Source: Cercozoa sp. M6MM (Eukaryota > Protista > Endomyxa: Ascetosporea). Taken from it: a stretch of DNA of 64,000 nucleotides. The position numbers were made by a program, and so were the translations under genes. The notes below the pieces were generated by a model that searched no databases, was not told where the DNA came from, and saw only the letters and a list, made by a program, of their open reading frames with translations. The stretch lies in assembly GCA_040357565.1 (NCBI GenBank), contig JBDODJ010000008.1; one strand, written 5' to 3'. This document shows, in pieces, positions 24,914 through 38,766 of the stretch (the first letter of the stretch is position 1; each line of letters starts with the position of its first letter).

Positions 24914-27900
24914 TGTGTCTGTGTCTGTGTCTGTATGTATGTGTGTGTGTGTGTGTCCCTTGTTTGTGCACTTGCGTGCAGTGAACCCGCGTACGCCATC
25001 ATCGAGTGCATGTCGGCGCAGAAAGCTTTGTTCAAGTGGTAGGCTCGTTCAATCACCAATCACCGTATATCCTCTTTGTGCCTGCCTGATACCTCTTTCT
25101 CCACATTATGGGGTGATAGGTCGACCGGTGAGTTCGCTAAAAATCCGGTTCATTTGCAATCGGCGAGAATGCGGCTAATCCACGTCACCACTGTACTTTG
25201 AACCTTTTACCCCCCGTTTCGCTTTTACCCTCTTGTTTAGGACGACGAGTACGCGCTGCACGATGCAAGAAAGAACAAGATTTTCGTCTTTCGTGGAGGT
25301 GCGAAATTCTAGATTACCCCCCCCCCTCCCGTTACCCGTGATGTTCTCCTGTTACCCCATGTAGTCAAGCACGTCCAAACCTTGCAGGTGCGTCCTTGCA
25401 AGGCCGCTCTAGTGACGCGCCATCTCGTGTACCTTCTGTCGAGCCGCAGAGAGGTGCCTCTATATCCCTCTTACCCCCTCCCCCGCTACCTTCTGGCTTC
25501 AGGTGACGGTGCTGCTGCGGGATGACGTGGCCAAGGATCACATGTCGCACAAAGACGAGGCGCAACGACGCAGCGGCAACAAACGGCCGCGCGTGTGGCA
25601 CGTGGACCCGCACGTGTTTGAGGATGACGAGTCGGCACGTGGGTACTTTTTCTCTGTCTCGTGGTTTGCCATGCTACCGGGTGCCATTTTTACCACCTTA
25701 GTGTCCTCGCTTTTGCATCTCCTCGGTCGGAAGACTCGCTGCGTAAGAATCTAGTTTTGTCCTTGATACCCTTTACCTCTTTTTCTTTGCCCGCCAGTGT
25801 TCCGAACGGCACGTGGCGTCGGCGAGATCACATGCGCCACGGAGGGTGACATCGGCGGTTTTTTGGACAGACTGGAGCTAATGGAACGCGTGCCAGTGAC
25901 GATGCGACTCAAGGATCAACTACTGCAACCTTCCGAGACACTTACCACGGTTCGCAGCATGACGGCGCTGTGCGAGTATCTGGAAGGTGAGTTCACTTCC
26001 GCCACTGAATCCCTGACCTCTGTGGACAGCGAGCTGGACCGTGAGCTGCCGCGACGACTGGCGGCCGATGCTTTGTTCTGTGTGCACACTCAGCGGCTTC
26101 TGGAGGTGCGTGCCTTCTTGCACTCCATTGTCCCTTTACCCCCCCCCTCCACAGAACCGACTGGTGCATCCGTCGCGCCAACGGTCGCTTCAGGAGCGCA
26201 AGGCGGCCTTGCGACGATTAACGCGGCCACGAAACGCGACGGTTGGTGCTCTGGCGATCGCACGTGTACCGTTATCATACTTTGTGATTACATGTATTCA
26301 TCCAGTGATAGTCAACACGTACAGAGACAGGACGACGAGTGTCTTGGCGAGTTGGAAGAATTCACGCGCAAGAATTCGCACTTTCACGCCGTTGTGGCTG
26401 TTTCTAGGTGCGTCTCCTCTTTATCCTTCCATCCCGTTGTCGCCTTTCAGCGCCCGCCCTGTAGATTGGTGCAAGAAGGCGAGACCGAAGCGGCGCTCTA
26501 TGTGGCGCACAGTCGCGGTGACGACGAGTTGCGTCGCAAGGCCATGCAGTTCGTGAGCACGCACTTCCTCACCCTGCGCCGGTAGTCTACCCCTCTACCC
26601 CCCGTTACTGTTTGTTGCCCTTATCTTACTTTTATGTACCCTTTCGGCAGAACGATGGATGATAAGACATTACAAGCCATGGTGCTATGTGACTACGCGG
26701 GCTTTTTGCTGTCATCGCAGCGACTGGTGCACTTTTTGGTGGGCCCGTGTCCTCCTTGTACGTTTTCTTTCCCTCTCGCTGCCCTTCAATTCACCTTCTA
26801 TCTTCTTCTCAGGCGAGCAGTCGCAGCAGCTGTTGTGGCAGCTGGGAGCGCGGCAGCACTTCTCGCTGCTACAGTGGATCGTGGTCAAGATGCTGCGTTC
26901 CTCAGCCGGTACCCTCTTCCCTTGAGGCCGTACATTCTCTGAAAATCTACAATAAACAGATCCTCCTGGACTGGAGGAATTTGACATTGTATTCGACCTT
27001 GCCATACACGTAAACTCTTTGCGCGAAGAGGCAATAGGGTAGGGGGTAATTGGGATGTCTTTCAGGTGGCGCGACATGGCAGCCCGCAGACGCAGCTGGA
27101 ACTGCTCGCGCTACTCGCTCTGGCCTGTGGCTACTTCCGCTTCACTGGTAAAATGGGACACAACGAGAGGGAAAGATAAATAACTGGAAGGTTAAATATT
27201 CTAGAAAATGAACCTGTCATTGTGCAGATCAAGATCGCGAAGATAGTCGCGTGTTGAGTGCGCTGGCACGTGCCTTCGTGGCAGCGTTCTGCGAAGTCAC
27301 TAGGGACAAGGAAAGCGGTCTAGCTCATGACGGTGTCGACACCGACATGGGCGTGCACGTGGCCGGTGTGATCGCATGCTTTGGCATACACCCGTCCGTG
27401 CTGACTGGTCGGCACTTTCGCCTGCATGTAGACGGTGTCTGTCGCTTCATTGGGCTGGTAGCTCTTACACGTAGCTTCCTTGCTTGCATACACGCGTCTC
27501 GTAAGAGGATAGGTGCCGTCGTTGGACATGCGTAGACTAGTGTCGCTAGCACAGCACGTGCCTCGGATCTCGATCGCTTTGGTGTGTTCTCTGTGTTCCG
27601 AGTTCATGTTAATCTCTGCCAGTACCGTACCCTGCATGTAGCTGGAAAGGAGCGGCGACGTTGCCGGCGCGCTGGCGATGCGCACTTCTCTCTTCTCGCA
27701 GCAACGACACTGTCTCGACGAGGCACTCGCGCTGCTGCCACACGTCAAGAAGGTGTCGTTTGCGCATGGTTGTGGTTACGTCACCCTGCATTTATAATAA
27801 TAGGTGCGCAATGACGTGCGCGTGCAAAGTGCAGCGCTGTACGCTCTGCTGACGGCATTGTCGCCTGCGGACTGCACTGCCCTCGCGCGCACTCTCTTTG

Positions 27901-28233
27901 ACGAGGCCAGTACCTTTAGCTTTGTCTTAGCTCGACCGATCCCGGCGAATATACTTGTAATATTATACAGATGAGTTCGAGAAATCTGCTCGTCAGATTT
28001 TGGCGGAACAAGTACCGTTTTACCCCCCCNNNNNNNNNNNNNNNNNNNNNNNNNNNNNNNNNNNNNNNNNNNNNNNNNNNNNNNNNNNNNNNNNNNNNNN
28101 NNNNNNNNNNNNNNNNNNNNNNNNNNNNNTGTGTGGTGCTTGACAGATCTTGCCTCCGAGGTTAGCTTTACAGCTGAAACTGCTTGTGTGTCGCGTCGAG
28201 CCGCCCAGAGCGGAGTCTTTTCGCTCACAATAG
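23957..28233 (+). CDS. Hypothetical protein: beta-propeller-like N-terminus plus BTB/BACK-like helical region
   Basis: Beta-strand repeats (VHCVDAAANTVACATDDAVY; IILIGTVTGTLIAHDL) and BACK-like ALYVAHSRGDDELRRKAMQFVSTHF. Many GT-AG exons, one N gap. Probable 5'UTR intron ending just before the ATG. Confidence 0.5.
24720..24956. repeat. Compound (GT)n/(GTGTCT)n repeat, intronic
   Basis: Direct observation. Confidence 0.95.
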
Positions 28234-28587
28234 TTAGATCGACATGGAAGCAGGTGGGCGTCGCGTAGTAGGGGACTGCACGGTCCCGGACGGAGCCAAC
28301 TCGTTAATTAACGCGTTTAATAGCAGCCATGAGAATTTTAAAGGGGCTTTAGTAGCTCTAACCTCACTAATCACATTCTACGGGCATTAATCGCATGCCT
28401 TTTTAACGCCCTCAATCTGAATGAAGTAATGAGTTGGCTCCGTCCGCCATCAGTGTAGCGTCGTATCCGATACGTAGTCGGGTGACTGTTTAATTTTACA
28501 TCCTATCGTATCTGTATCGTGCGTAGTCGACGTACCGTACGCCACCACATCCTACCACCCATACGCCAGTCGGGAAGGTGGACGTTC

Positions 28588-31500
28588 TTAGTGCCCAAGC
28601 GCGTCCTCGGCAGCGCCCGACTTGGCCAGCGCCAGCAGCATGTCGTCGTCGAAGTACTTGTGCACCACGACGTCGTCGCTCATACCCTTGCGCAGACGCG
28701 TTTTGACCTGTAAAAGGAGCGCGGGGGAGCAGGTAAGAGTAATGATAGGCGTAAGGGTAAAGTTGAGTGCTGTACCAGGAACTCGCGCGCAAGCTCATGT
28801 GGCTGCAGCGGCTCGAGCACGCGCAGCTGGACGTCGCGGTTTAGCGGATCACCCGGCACCAGGTCCCATCGGTCGAACACTATGGGCGGGCAAAAGGAGT
28901 GATAGAAGGTAATGGGGGGGGGGGGGTAGGTCAATACCGATTGACGGGAAGGCCATGCCACTCGTGTAACTACGAACGTCCGTCTCGAAGCCAAACGAGT
29001 CCATCGCCGGGAGCTCGGCCGTCACCTGTGATACATTGCAGACTTGCATCCACAGGTGTAGGGTGAAATGGAGTAAATATGTACTTTAAACAACGGAGTG
29101 CCCGAGAGCGGTTCCTTGTCAATCACGCGGCCACGACGCTGTTTTACATCGAGGAATATATAGGTTAGAGGTAATAGTCGGCAAAAGAGAGTAACACGGG
29201 GCTAATCTTAGTACCTTCTCAGCGACCTGTGCGATGGCAGCGATACAATCGGCCGGGCAGAGAACCTCCACTCTGCAAAACAAGCAAGCATGAAGAAGGA
29301 GACTGAGGAAGTGGCATGTCAAGTCAAGGAGCATACCGCAAGACAGGTTCCAGCAAGCGCGGCGTGGCTGTCAAGAAGGAAGCGTAGGTGGCGCGTCGGG
29401 CCGCCGGGATCACCTGACCCGCCGGTCGTGCCAGAGGATCCGACGTGTCCAGGTTCGCCTCCAGCAGTCTCACCATGGTTCCTGGGGGCAAAAGGATAAC
29501 GCGGGGAGACAGAGAGGGAACTGGGTACCTCTCACAGGCTCGGCACACAGCGGACCCTCACGCGTGGCCCACTGGAAGCCCTGCACGATACTGGGCTGCG
29601 TGTGCAGGAGCGCATCGCGGGCCTCCTGTACAAGGAGAGGGGGTGCATAGTAAAATTGGGGGAGAAAAGTAAGACTACATCGGCCTCGTCGCCCTCGAAG
29701 TGCTGCATTGAGGCGAGCGTGTCGTCCAGCAGAACGTTGGTGCCCGTGTGCGTCGCCGGTGCCAAAGCCCAAATCGAGCGAGCCGCCAGCTTGTCCCAGC
29801 CATGTCTACACACACACACACACGTCCATGATTTACCCACCTCGATACACAGAAACACTGCGCATATACCTCCTGGTGAAGAACTTGGCGAGCTTGCGCT
29901 TCGGCCACTCCTACAGGCAATCGGGGATCAGGAAATAAACACGGGGTACACTGCGAGGAAGGGTATACCATGGAGACGCGGCCCTGCTCTAGGTCCTTGG
30001 CGACCTCCTGATCGAGCGGCGCCGCAGCAAACGTGAGCTTGTTGCGCTTGTTGTGCGTGCTGGCGGCACACGGCACCGCACTCGACTCAGTCACTGTCTC
30101 TCTGCGCACGTGGAAGGAAGCACGGGTAACATGGTACACACAGGATGTGGATTCAAAGCCTACCGGAATGACACGACAGGGTCGGCCACGCGCACCTCGA
30201 TGTTGTCGGCAAAGACGCAACGCACGTCATGCAGAGCACAGTCCAGTTGCAGCTCGCCAACGCCTGAATGAACAAGGTAACGGGGATAAACGAAGCCAAG
30301 GAAAGTGAAAGCAAGGTACCAACAACGACGCGCTCGCCGCTCTCTTCGCCCTTCACACGCAGCGACGGGTAGCATCTGCGGACACCCATATGCACATACA
30401 GCGTATCCAGTGTACGCAACACAAAATGAGGCACCTGCTGACAGCGCGCAGAGCAGCCAGCAGCTGCGGCAGCTCGCTTGGCTTGACGGGTTCCACGGCG
30501 ACCTTGACGTGCGCTGGAGAGTCCACCAACGGCAGCGGTCGGAACAGCTGCGCGTCGTCGCTGTACACAGGTAAGAGGTTGACATACAGCAGTAGGTCAG
30601 TCGGGGTTAGTATAGACCTGGCCATGTCGCCAACGATCTCCTCGGGCAGCTCGGCGAGCGTTGCAGCGCCGTCCATCGCATCGGCCACACCTGAGGGTAC
30701 CAATACGCAACATGGATTACATGTGGAACAGAAAACAGAAGATAGAGGCCTGCGCTACCGGCAACGAGCACAACGTTGCCAGCACGGGCCTGATTGACAG
30801 CAACTTTGTAGCGTCCGCCCTGCAGCAGCCAGAGGCCCGTGACCTCGCGCACCGATATGCTCTCCTCGCCCAGCTCAGCCTGCTCGTCTTCCTGCGACGG
30901 TCGTAGCACACGAATTCTACACACGCACAGGTAAGAGGGAAATCGGAGGATAGCAACGATGACAGCAACGCACCTGTCGCCGACTTTGACAACGCCGCTG
31001 TGCACGCGCACCAGTGCATCCAGTTCCGAGCCTGCAAAAGCGACAAAGCGTATCCCTCAAAAGTGACCAACTCATTAAGAAACACACCGTCAGCGCGCGG
31101 CACGAGCTTCACGGCGTCGGCCAGCAGCGGACCATGCGACGCGCAGCGCAAAGCCATCTGCGTCCTATGCACGTGTGTTACATTGATATCACCTCTTAAC
31201 ATCACCTTATGTTTTCGGTACCACTTAGACGACGGCAGGTTGACGCCAAGGTAGGCACGCGTCAGCTTGCGCTGCGTGGCCAACGGATCGTTCGGCGCCG
31301 GCACGCTGTCCACCAGTACCTACGACAGCTCGCCCGAATAATTTCACATGTTGTGCTCACAACATAAGTACCTGCGTGAGTGCACTGAGATCGCCGCAAA
31401 ATCGTCGTAGCACAGTTCTGCAGACACCAACAACGTACACATGACGAAAGGCAAAAATAGTCATGGTATATGAAGTAGAAAGTACCGCAGCAGGGTACGC

Positions 31501-34173
31501 GGTGGGGTGTGCAACTCGCGCTTCGCCAGTCGCACGCCAATCTTACTGCACAAGGTGTAAACAGGAAGGGATGTAGCAGAACGGACAAAGAGCTACCTCA
31601 GCAGCGGCGGCAGCTCGGACGGGTTGTGGCCCAGTGCGTGCGAGAACACCTTAACCAGCGGCGTCAGAATGAACGAAACGAATGTGCGCACCTTGCAGCG
31701 CTCACGCAGCTGCACAGACCATAGATTCCCGAGGGGCAGGAATGGGGCAGAGGGGTAAAGTACATCCGCATTGTTCTCACGATCGCGCTGGCGCACAAAG
31801 CGACGCGTGCGCGGGTCAAGATACACGTCGCCCCTAAATGTACATTTGTCTACTTTCACCCCAGGAAAAATGAGTCAAACAGCAGGTACCACAGACGCTT
31901 GGCGAACACGTCCGCGCGAATGTAGTTCGGATCCTTCTCGGGGCGGTCGCCGTTATGGTAGTTAGCGTACAGCTTGGCAAAGCTCTCCACCGAGAACACC
32001 GTGCCGAACTGCGTCGCGCCAAACAGAACGTTGCCTATCCATCACACATTCGCGTAACAAGAGAGCCAGGCGGTGAAGTCGATTGGTCCTTAAAGGAATA
32101 CCGTTGAGCGGCGACAGTCGGGGACCATCGTAGCCGAACTTGGACAGCACAGCGTTGCAGCCCTACAGTTACAGGGGGATAAGGACACAACAGAGAAGCA
32201 AAGGGAAGCAAGGCTACCTGGAGCGTGTGCTGCAGTTTGAGGTAGATGTCGCGAGGCGGCAGACGCAACTCGAGAATCAAACGGTCGAGTTTGTTCAGCA
32301 GCACGGTTCTATATCAAAATGGTGAGAGCGAGGCGGTTACCAAACAGAGTGGGGGGGGGGGGGGGTCAAAGTACACGCGGAGGCCGTGCATGGCAGCGTG
32401 ACGCAGCAGACGCTCGGTTTGCATCAGCACGCCCTAAATTTCGCGAGTAGAGGCAGGGCATACGTATCTAAATACGTATCCAAGGGGTAAAATTACCTCG
32501 GCAACGTCAACGACACATATGATACCGTCAGCCAGCCGCATGCCGGCGATAGCCTCATCCGTGAAGTTCGTGTGACCGGGACAGTCGATGAGTGTCAACA
32601 GGTGCTGCTGTTCCTTGCGCAGCGACGGCAGCGGCACCTATTCTCATATGCAAAACCATTACCAATAAGCACATCAGGCCCTCTGGGCTTAAAAAAATAC
32701 TACTGTCATGGGCGTCGCCTTTAGCGACAAACCTCGCTTCTGCTCGTCGAATCGCGAATCCGTGTAGCGCATCGCCTGCATGGGAGGGTAGAAGAGCGCA
32801 AGGGGGTGCAGGGGGTGGGGGAAGGGATAAGTGGGGGGAAGCTACAGCGGTACGACGCTCCCGGTTGGCAATTTTCTGCGCCTGCGTAGCCCGAGGCGCT
32901 GCCCAGGCGCGACTCTTTTTCTGCACCAAAGAGGGTAAGAAGGCAAACCTGTATGAAGAACGAGGAACTGTGTACCGACTTGACCTGCGCGAGCACGTCC
33001 TCGGCGTCGGCGTCCGGGTGTGTCTCACGGACCTGTCATCCAGGATAGGAGTATTGGGACGGTGGGCAAGGCATCGTACCACAACGTCGAGAAGTGAGGT
33101 CTTGCCGTGGTGCAGAGCACCCACCACAGCCACACTGCGTACAGGTTTGTTTCAGCACTATATCTACAGTAGGATATGGAGAGAGGTGTTACATGCGTTG
33201 CCGACCAGTGGTGTCCATCATTTTGGCCAGAAATGTGCTGTCATAGGTCGTGCGCGGGATCTTCTTCTCTTGGTGCGCGAAGCACTTTTCCTTCGGCGGC
33301 TCCACCTGCCCAACCAGACATGGTACCTCGAAGCAAAATGGCAAATGGCAAAGGGTACAATGGCCTGCTCGATCGTCATCGTGTCTTCGTCCTGCACGAG
33401 AACCTCGACGTCCTCACCGTACACCTGTGTTCAACGAGGGACACGCGAACGTAAACGGGAGGGTGCGTAGCAAGGAACATGGCTACCTGCTGCGCCGAGG
33501 CGAAGAAGTCCTTGTCGGCATGCTGCACAATGTCGCTGGCTTGGTGCACCACAACCGCGGCCTGGATGAGGAAAAGCGGTAAAACGCAAAGCCAGGGCAA
33601 ATGAAGTACGAACGACGAGTACCTGCTGCGCGGCGAGCTCGGCCTCAAGTGCGGCGTCGTCCATCGCGGCCACCTCGGCTGCCTCGTCCACCTCTGCTCA
33701 GCAAAGCCAAGATAAGAGGCCAAATATAGAGGGAGCAGCGGAAAGACAAAGGATACCCTCGTGGGCAGCGTCGCGCATCACAGCATCGAGCGCGTCGTCG
33801 CCCTGAAACAAAAAGAGGCATCAGTGAAAAGGCAGAGCGCACCACAGGCTTAAGCACGCATTCACCTCCTCCGAGGCGTCGCTCCACGAGGATTCGTCGC
33901 CGCTCTCCTCACTCAAGGCCTCGCCCACGTAATTGCCGAACTGGAAGCAACACATCATGACGGATCATTTAAAAAGGCCTCAGCGAATAATTTGGAACAC
34001 GGACAGAGATTGCCTCAATTCCAGAACAAAGACCACGTGGGTGTAGGAAACATCTAACAGGGCACTAGTGGCTCACAGAATGGCCATCTGACGACGTCTT
34101 GCGTCGGTCAGGAAATTTGTTGTGCCTTGGAAAACAGAACACAACTCACCTCATCGTATTTCGCCTCCTCCAT
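28588..34173 (-). CDS. EFTUD2: U5 snRNP 116-kDa GTPase (Snu114)
   Basis: MEEAKYDE|FGNYVG, VYGEDVEVLVQDEDT, GALHHGKT, YTDSRFDEQKRGLSLKATP, DCPGHTNF, NKLDRLILELRLPP, QGFQWATREGPL, REFLVKTRLRKG. The introns I traced (5' half) are all GT-AG. Confidence 0.97.
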
Positions 34174-34463
34174 GACTCGGCTATCGGTTGTGTTCGGCGC
34201 CGGCACAGGATACGTCGTTGTTCCAGCCAGGGGCTAAGCGACACGAGCTCACACTTAAGAAAAGTGAAAAACAACGGACGGTTTGTACAGTGCGTGGACC
34301 GATCCGGAGGAGGTTTTGGAGCCGACGTGCTGAATGTTGAGAGCAGAAAACTGCGTCGTTAGAAGTCGGCTTGTGCTGGCTAAGGTGTGTGTACACATTG
34401 ATTGGATTCGCTGGGTATACCGGTATTTTTATTGTACCAAGCAATGTTGTTTTTTTGTAGCGT

Positions 34464-35066
34464 ATGAACGCAGCTGACATCTTCGTCGCCCTGGCCGGCG
34501 ATGAGGATGTATCTTGTGCCTTGAGACCTCAACCTTGGCTGTTTTGAAGTGCTTCTACTTGTGACATATCTGAAGGGTTTGTTGACGCAAGAGTCGCTGG
34601 TGCAGCTGTTTGCGAGTGCAAATGTTGCTGAATACAGGTAAGCTTTTTGTGTACATGACATGGTAAAGAATCGGGGGGGGGGATACACTGAAGGTTTATT
34701 TAGCGAGGCAGCTGCGTCGATGTTTGCGCATCTCGACCCGGACAACAAGGGTACACTGATCCTCCAAGTTAGGCAGGTGCATTTTTCTGGCTGCGTTAGG
34801 CTACGTGACGTTCGATGACTTTATTGCAAACTACGATTCCCTGGCGCAAGTGCTCGCTTTCGCTGGTATATTTTCATTAAAGGAATGAGTGATGTTTGCA
34901 TATTGTTTGTGTGTTTCTACTTTTACATAGAGGAAGAGGAGCCGGCAGAGGAAGAGGAGCCGGCAGAGGAAGAGGAACCGGCAGAAGAGGAGCCGGCCTA
35001 CATTCCTCCGGCATCTTTGGTTGACGACAACAACGATAGTGAGGAGCTGGACGAGGTATCTTCACA

Positions 35067-35114
<48 letters not shown>

Positions 35115-35214
35115 NNNNNNNNNNNNNNNNNNNNNNNNNNNNNNNNNNNNNNNNNNNNNNNNNNNNNNNNNNNNNNNNNNNNNNNNNNNNNNNNNNNNNN
35201 NNNNNNNNNNNNNN

Positions 35215-35274
<60 letters not shown>

Positions 35275-36774
35275 GTATCACCCATTTTCATTTTTGACAG
35301 GAAGAAGATGAAGAACTGAACCGACGCGTTGCCGAACTGCAGACACGTGCGCGACTGAACGTACATGTTCAGCAAACATGCGTGTGCTGCCTAGGAAGGA
35401 TGTTGCTTGTGTGGTGCAGGGTGTAATCCGGGTGAACGAGCTGTCGGAGAGGGCGCCTGAGCTTCTCGCCGCTGCTGACGTACACTTAACCCTCCTTTTT
35501 AAAGCATGTTACTGTTACCCTGTTACCGTGTGATTCTCATTTACCTCCCGCAGAATAGAGACATCGGCGCGCTGCTGCAATCGCCCGGTGCGGCGAGTTC
35601 GCTGACGCTGTCTGCACTGCGTCGACTGGTAGAGCTTATCTCGTTACCCGGCGTTACACCAGGTTGCCTTTTTTGTTCCGTCACCTTCTGGGACTCAGGT
35701 TCGACCGTTTTTTGCATCGCTGGACGGCGCCGATTTGGACGAGTTGGTGCGCCTGCTGGTGCAAGCTACGACGACATATGCGTCTTTGGAAGAACCTCCG
35801 TCGCTCGTATCGCTCGGTGAAATTGTGAATTCGCGCGTATTTCGACAATGTGCACGTTACTGGAACCACACCGGCGATGTGCATACACAGGTAGCCTGGG
35901 TTTCTTGGGCCTCATATGATGCCCTTATGTATCAGCATGTTACTTCTACGCAGCGCACGTTGCTGGCACTGCATGCAGCGACGACAGAACAGCACGTGAC
36001 GCAGACACGATGTGACGCCGAGATCCAGACAGCCACAGGTCGCCTCCGTCAGGCACAAGAGCAGGCGCGCGAGGCTAAAAACGAACTGATGACGCTGCGA
36101 GAGGAGATCGAACGCGAAAGACTCCAATGGCGCCGGTATCTCTTTACTCTTTGTTTTATGTTACCTTATCCCTCGCTTTTTTTTAATCCACATGCACAGA
36201 GAGAGACAGCAGTTGCAGCAGCAGCAGAAACTCCTTAAAATAAACCCGGATACTGTTGTACCATAATCCTGATTTGAGCCATTTGGACTGACCCATTTGT
36301 ACCTGATTCGTGCATGGACAGACATCGAAATTGAAAAACAATAGCATCGCTGATGAGGGCGATTTGCTCAAGATTCGTCATCGAAATGTACTCTTGCTGC
36401 CACCCCACTGACCCAGTAATCCCTGCTTACCGTTTAATCTTTCTTCTTGCGGGTAGGAGATCGAGTCACTAAATAGCGAGCACGAGCAGCAATTGCAGCT
36501 GCAGAAAGCTCAGGCGGAGAGCGAAATGCACCGCGTGTCGCTCTTGCTGCAACGAGAGCGTGCCAACACCGTCGACGTGTCTGCCCAGTAGCATGAACTT
36601 TATCCCGCCATTCCCCCCCCCCCCCCCTGTTGCCCCATGCGCCATCCTTAGACTCGACGCCATGCGGCGAGAGAGGGACGCGGTACAGGTGCAATTGCAG
36701 CGACTGCTGCAGCAAAAGCGGCAGCAACAGCAACAGCAGGTACTTTGGCCACTCTCAGATCCTTCTGTTACCTC

Positions 36775-36824
<50 letters not shown>

Positions 36825-36834
36825 NNNNNNNNNN

Positions 36835-36885
<51 letters not shown>

Positions 36886-38053
36886 AGAAGCAGTCCAAGC
36901 GAACGACATCGTTCGAGCAGATCGTTATGAACACGCCTCCCAAGTCGAAGAAGCGGCAGATTCGCATTAGGTATGCTTGATCCAATTCTCTCGACGGCAT
37001 TCTCATTGCTCACCTGTTTGTGTGCTTAGTGAAGAATACTTCAGTCCTTCGAAGGAGGCGCGTTCCTGCAGTCTAGGTGACACAGAAGAAGTCGGCAGTA
37101 TTGCCCTCAGCGTGAGCGAACCTGCTGAAGACGGCGCTATTGTCTTGAGTCGCACTCCCAACACACCTATGGATACACCCAGAAACTCCGTGAAGGACAG
37201 TCCCTGCGGCACCGTTAAGCGCACTTCCGGAGACACGCCCCATGACAGTCCTGGCCGTTCTAGTCACTCGCACCGAGTGAGGCACGTACGGCGACTCAGC
37301 AGCAAGAGTCGACTGGACAACAGCGGCTACTTGCCTCTCACGCTTACCGAGGAAAATCTGCACCTCGTGCGCGACTTTGCCGCCACTTGCTTCCGCCTAG
37401 CCATGGTAAGCCCTTTCGGTCTGCACTTTATTTTTTGCCCTTTATCTCTTTGCCCTTTACCTCTTACCCTTTACCTTTACCCTTTACCTCTTACCCTTAC
37501 CCTTTACCTCTTACCCTTTACCTCTTACCCTTTACCTCTTACCCTTTACCTCTTACCTCTACCCCTTCACTCTTTCCCAATTATTTCACCCCCAGGCGGA
37601 GCACAGGCGGGAGCAACACCTGCGCTACGAGCGCGAACTTCGTGAGAGCCACGGCAAGAGCAAGAGCAAGCGGCCGAAGCGACCACCTAGAACACGAGTA
37701 CCTTGTGCCGTTGCTGCTCGCTGATTATCTGTATGTCTGTGCTGCAGCCGCCGTCGCAAGCACAATGGGACCTTACTGACAATGTTGAGGAACAAGTGGA
37801 GATTCACCAGGCTCTCATACACCAGGTACTATAGTTGCGCCTTCAAAATGCGATGTTCCCTATTCTCCCGGCTGCTACGAAGGTGTGCTTCGAGATCGAG
37901 GACTCGCAGTCGCGTGTTACAAGGGAACTCTGCGAGCTCGGACGCATGCTGAACGAGCGCGTTGAACTCGAGGCGCAGGCCAAAATACTGCGCGAGCACT
38001 TGCCGGCAAAACGACAAACTCGCCGCAACAAAGAAAGCTGTCTCATTATGTAG
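34464..38053 (+). CDS. EF-hand + coiled-coil protein with NLS, CDK sites and C-terminal CaaX (CLIM)
   Basis: Continuous spliced ORF: EF loop DPDNKGYVTFDDF, (EEEEPA)n, coiled coil, TPPKSKKRQ, S/T-P cluster, ...KRQTRRNKESCLIM-TAG. Two introns contain N gaps. Confidence 0.75.
35069..35271. repeat. (CA)n microsatellite with 100-N gap, intronic
   Basis: Direct observation. Confidence 0.95.
37452..37568 (+). repeat. Intronic (CCTTTACCTCTTAC)-like array built from TTACC units
   Basis: About 16 TTACC/TACC units inside intron 37406-37596. Confidence 0.9.
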
Positions 38054-38170
38054 CGCCAGCGCATCGCATGACGTGAGTGCGTGTGTGGTTACTGATAAGA
38101 CTGATAAGACTGCGAACACGTCTGCTGTAGGTACATTAAGGTGCGCTTAAAGATTCAACAGTCATCAGTC

Positions 38171-38766
38171 TGCAACAGACTTGGAAGCTTAAAGTACGAC
38201 AACTACGCCCAAATACCGCGAAAGTGCAATGAATGCAATGCCAGAGGCAGACTCAGGACTCCCAACTGCAAGGGATGCAAACAACGACTACAAAAACGTG
38301 AAGTAAGCGAGTGCCCCGACTGCGCGGGTACCTGGGAAAATGCAGAAGGCACTCTCGACACGTACCACCGATTGCTGGAATGCAAAGTAACGGAAGCTAT
38401 CAGAAACAACACCAATGCGGCTCAATGGCGCACAATTGAAGACATACTGGCCGACCCTGAGAACCTAGCACTCAACAGAATGCACCAAGGCCAAGATCTC
38501 CTGGGACGAGGAAGCAACTATCGAGTGGAGAGACGGGAGGACGATGACGGGACGACCGACACCGCCTGCGACGCCTCTCTACTTGTAGCCCGCTACCTGC
38601 ACCAACCATGAAGTCGACTTCGGTGTCTGGGGAACGTCAAAAGGGGAGTTGTATGGTCCTACCCTAAGCGGGCGGTAGACGCGGCCATGCTCTTGCGACC
38701 CACCCCAGACTGGTGCAGGGGAACTAAGTTACATAGTTGGTTTCCTAGAAGACTCAACTAACTAAC
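38171..38766 (+). mobile_element. 5'-truncated non-LTR retrotransposon (LINE-like) with 16-bp TSD
   Basis: Intronless A-rich ORF to 38611 with CPDC-x14-H-x4-C, resembling a LINE ORF2 C-terminal Zn finger. ~150-nt 3'UTR, short (AACT)n tail, and TCAACAGTCATCAGTC on both sides (38155-38170, 38772-38787). Confidence 0.8.

Noticed and set aside
32775-32855. Apparent non-canonical junction in SNU114
   Set aside because: A canonical GTAGCT donor a few bases further along restores the frame (ERRTA|AMRYTD).
37452-37568. Telomeric or interstitial telomere repeat
   Set aside because: Units are TTACC(C/T), irregular, intronic and match the dispersed sense-strand intron motif; they are not CCCTAA.
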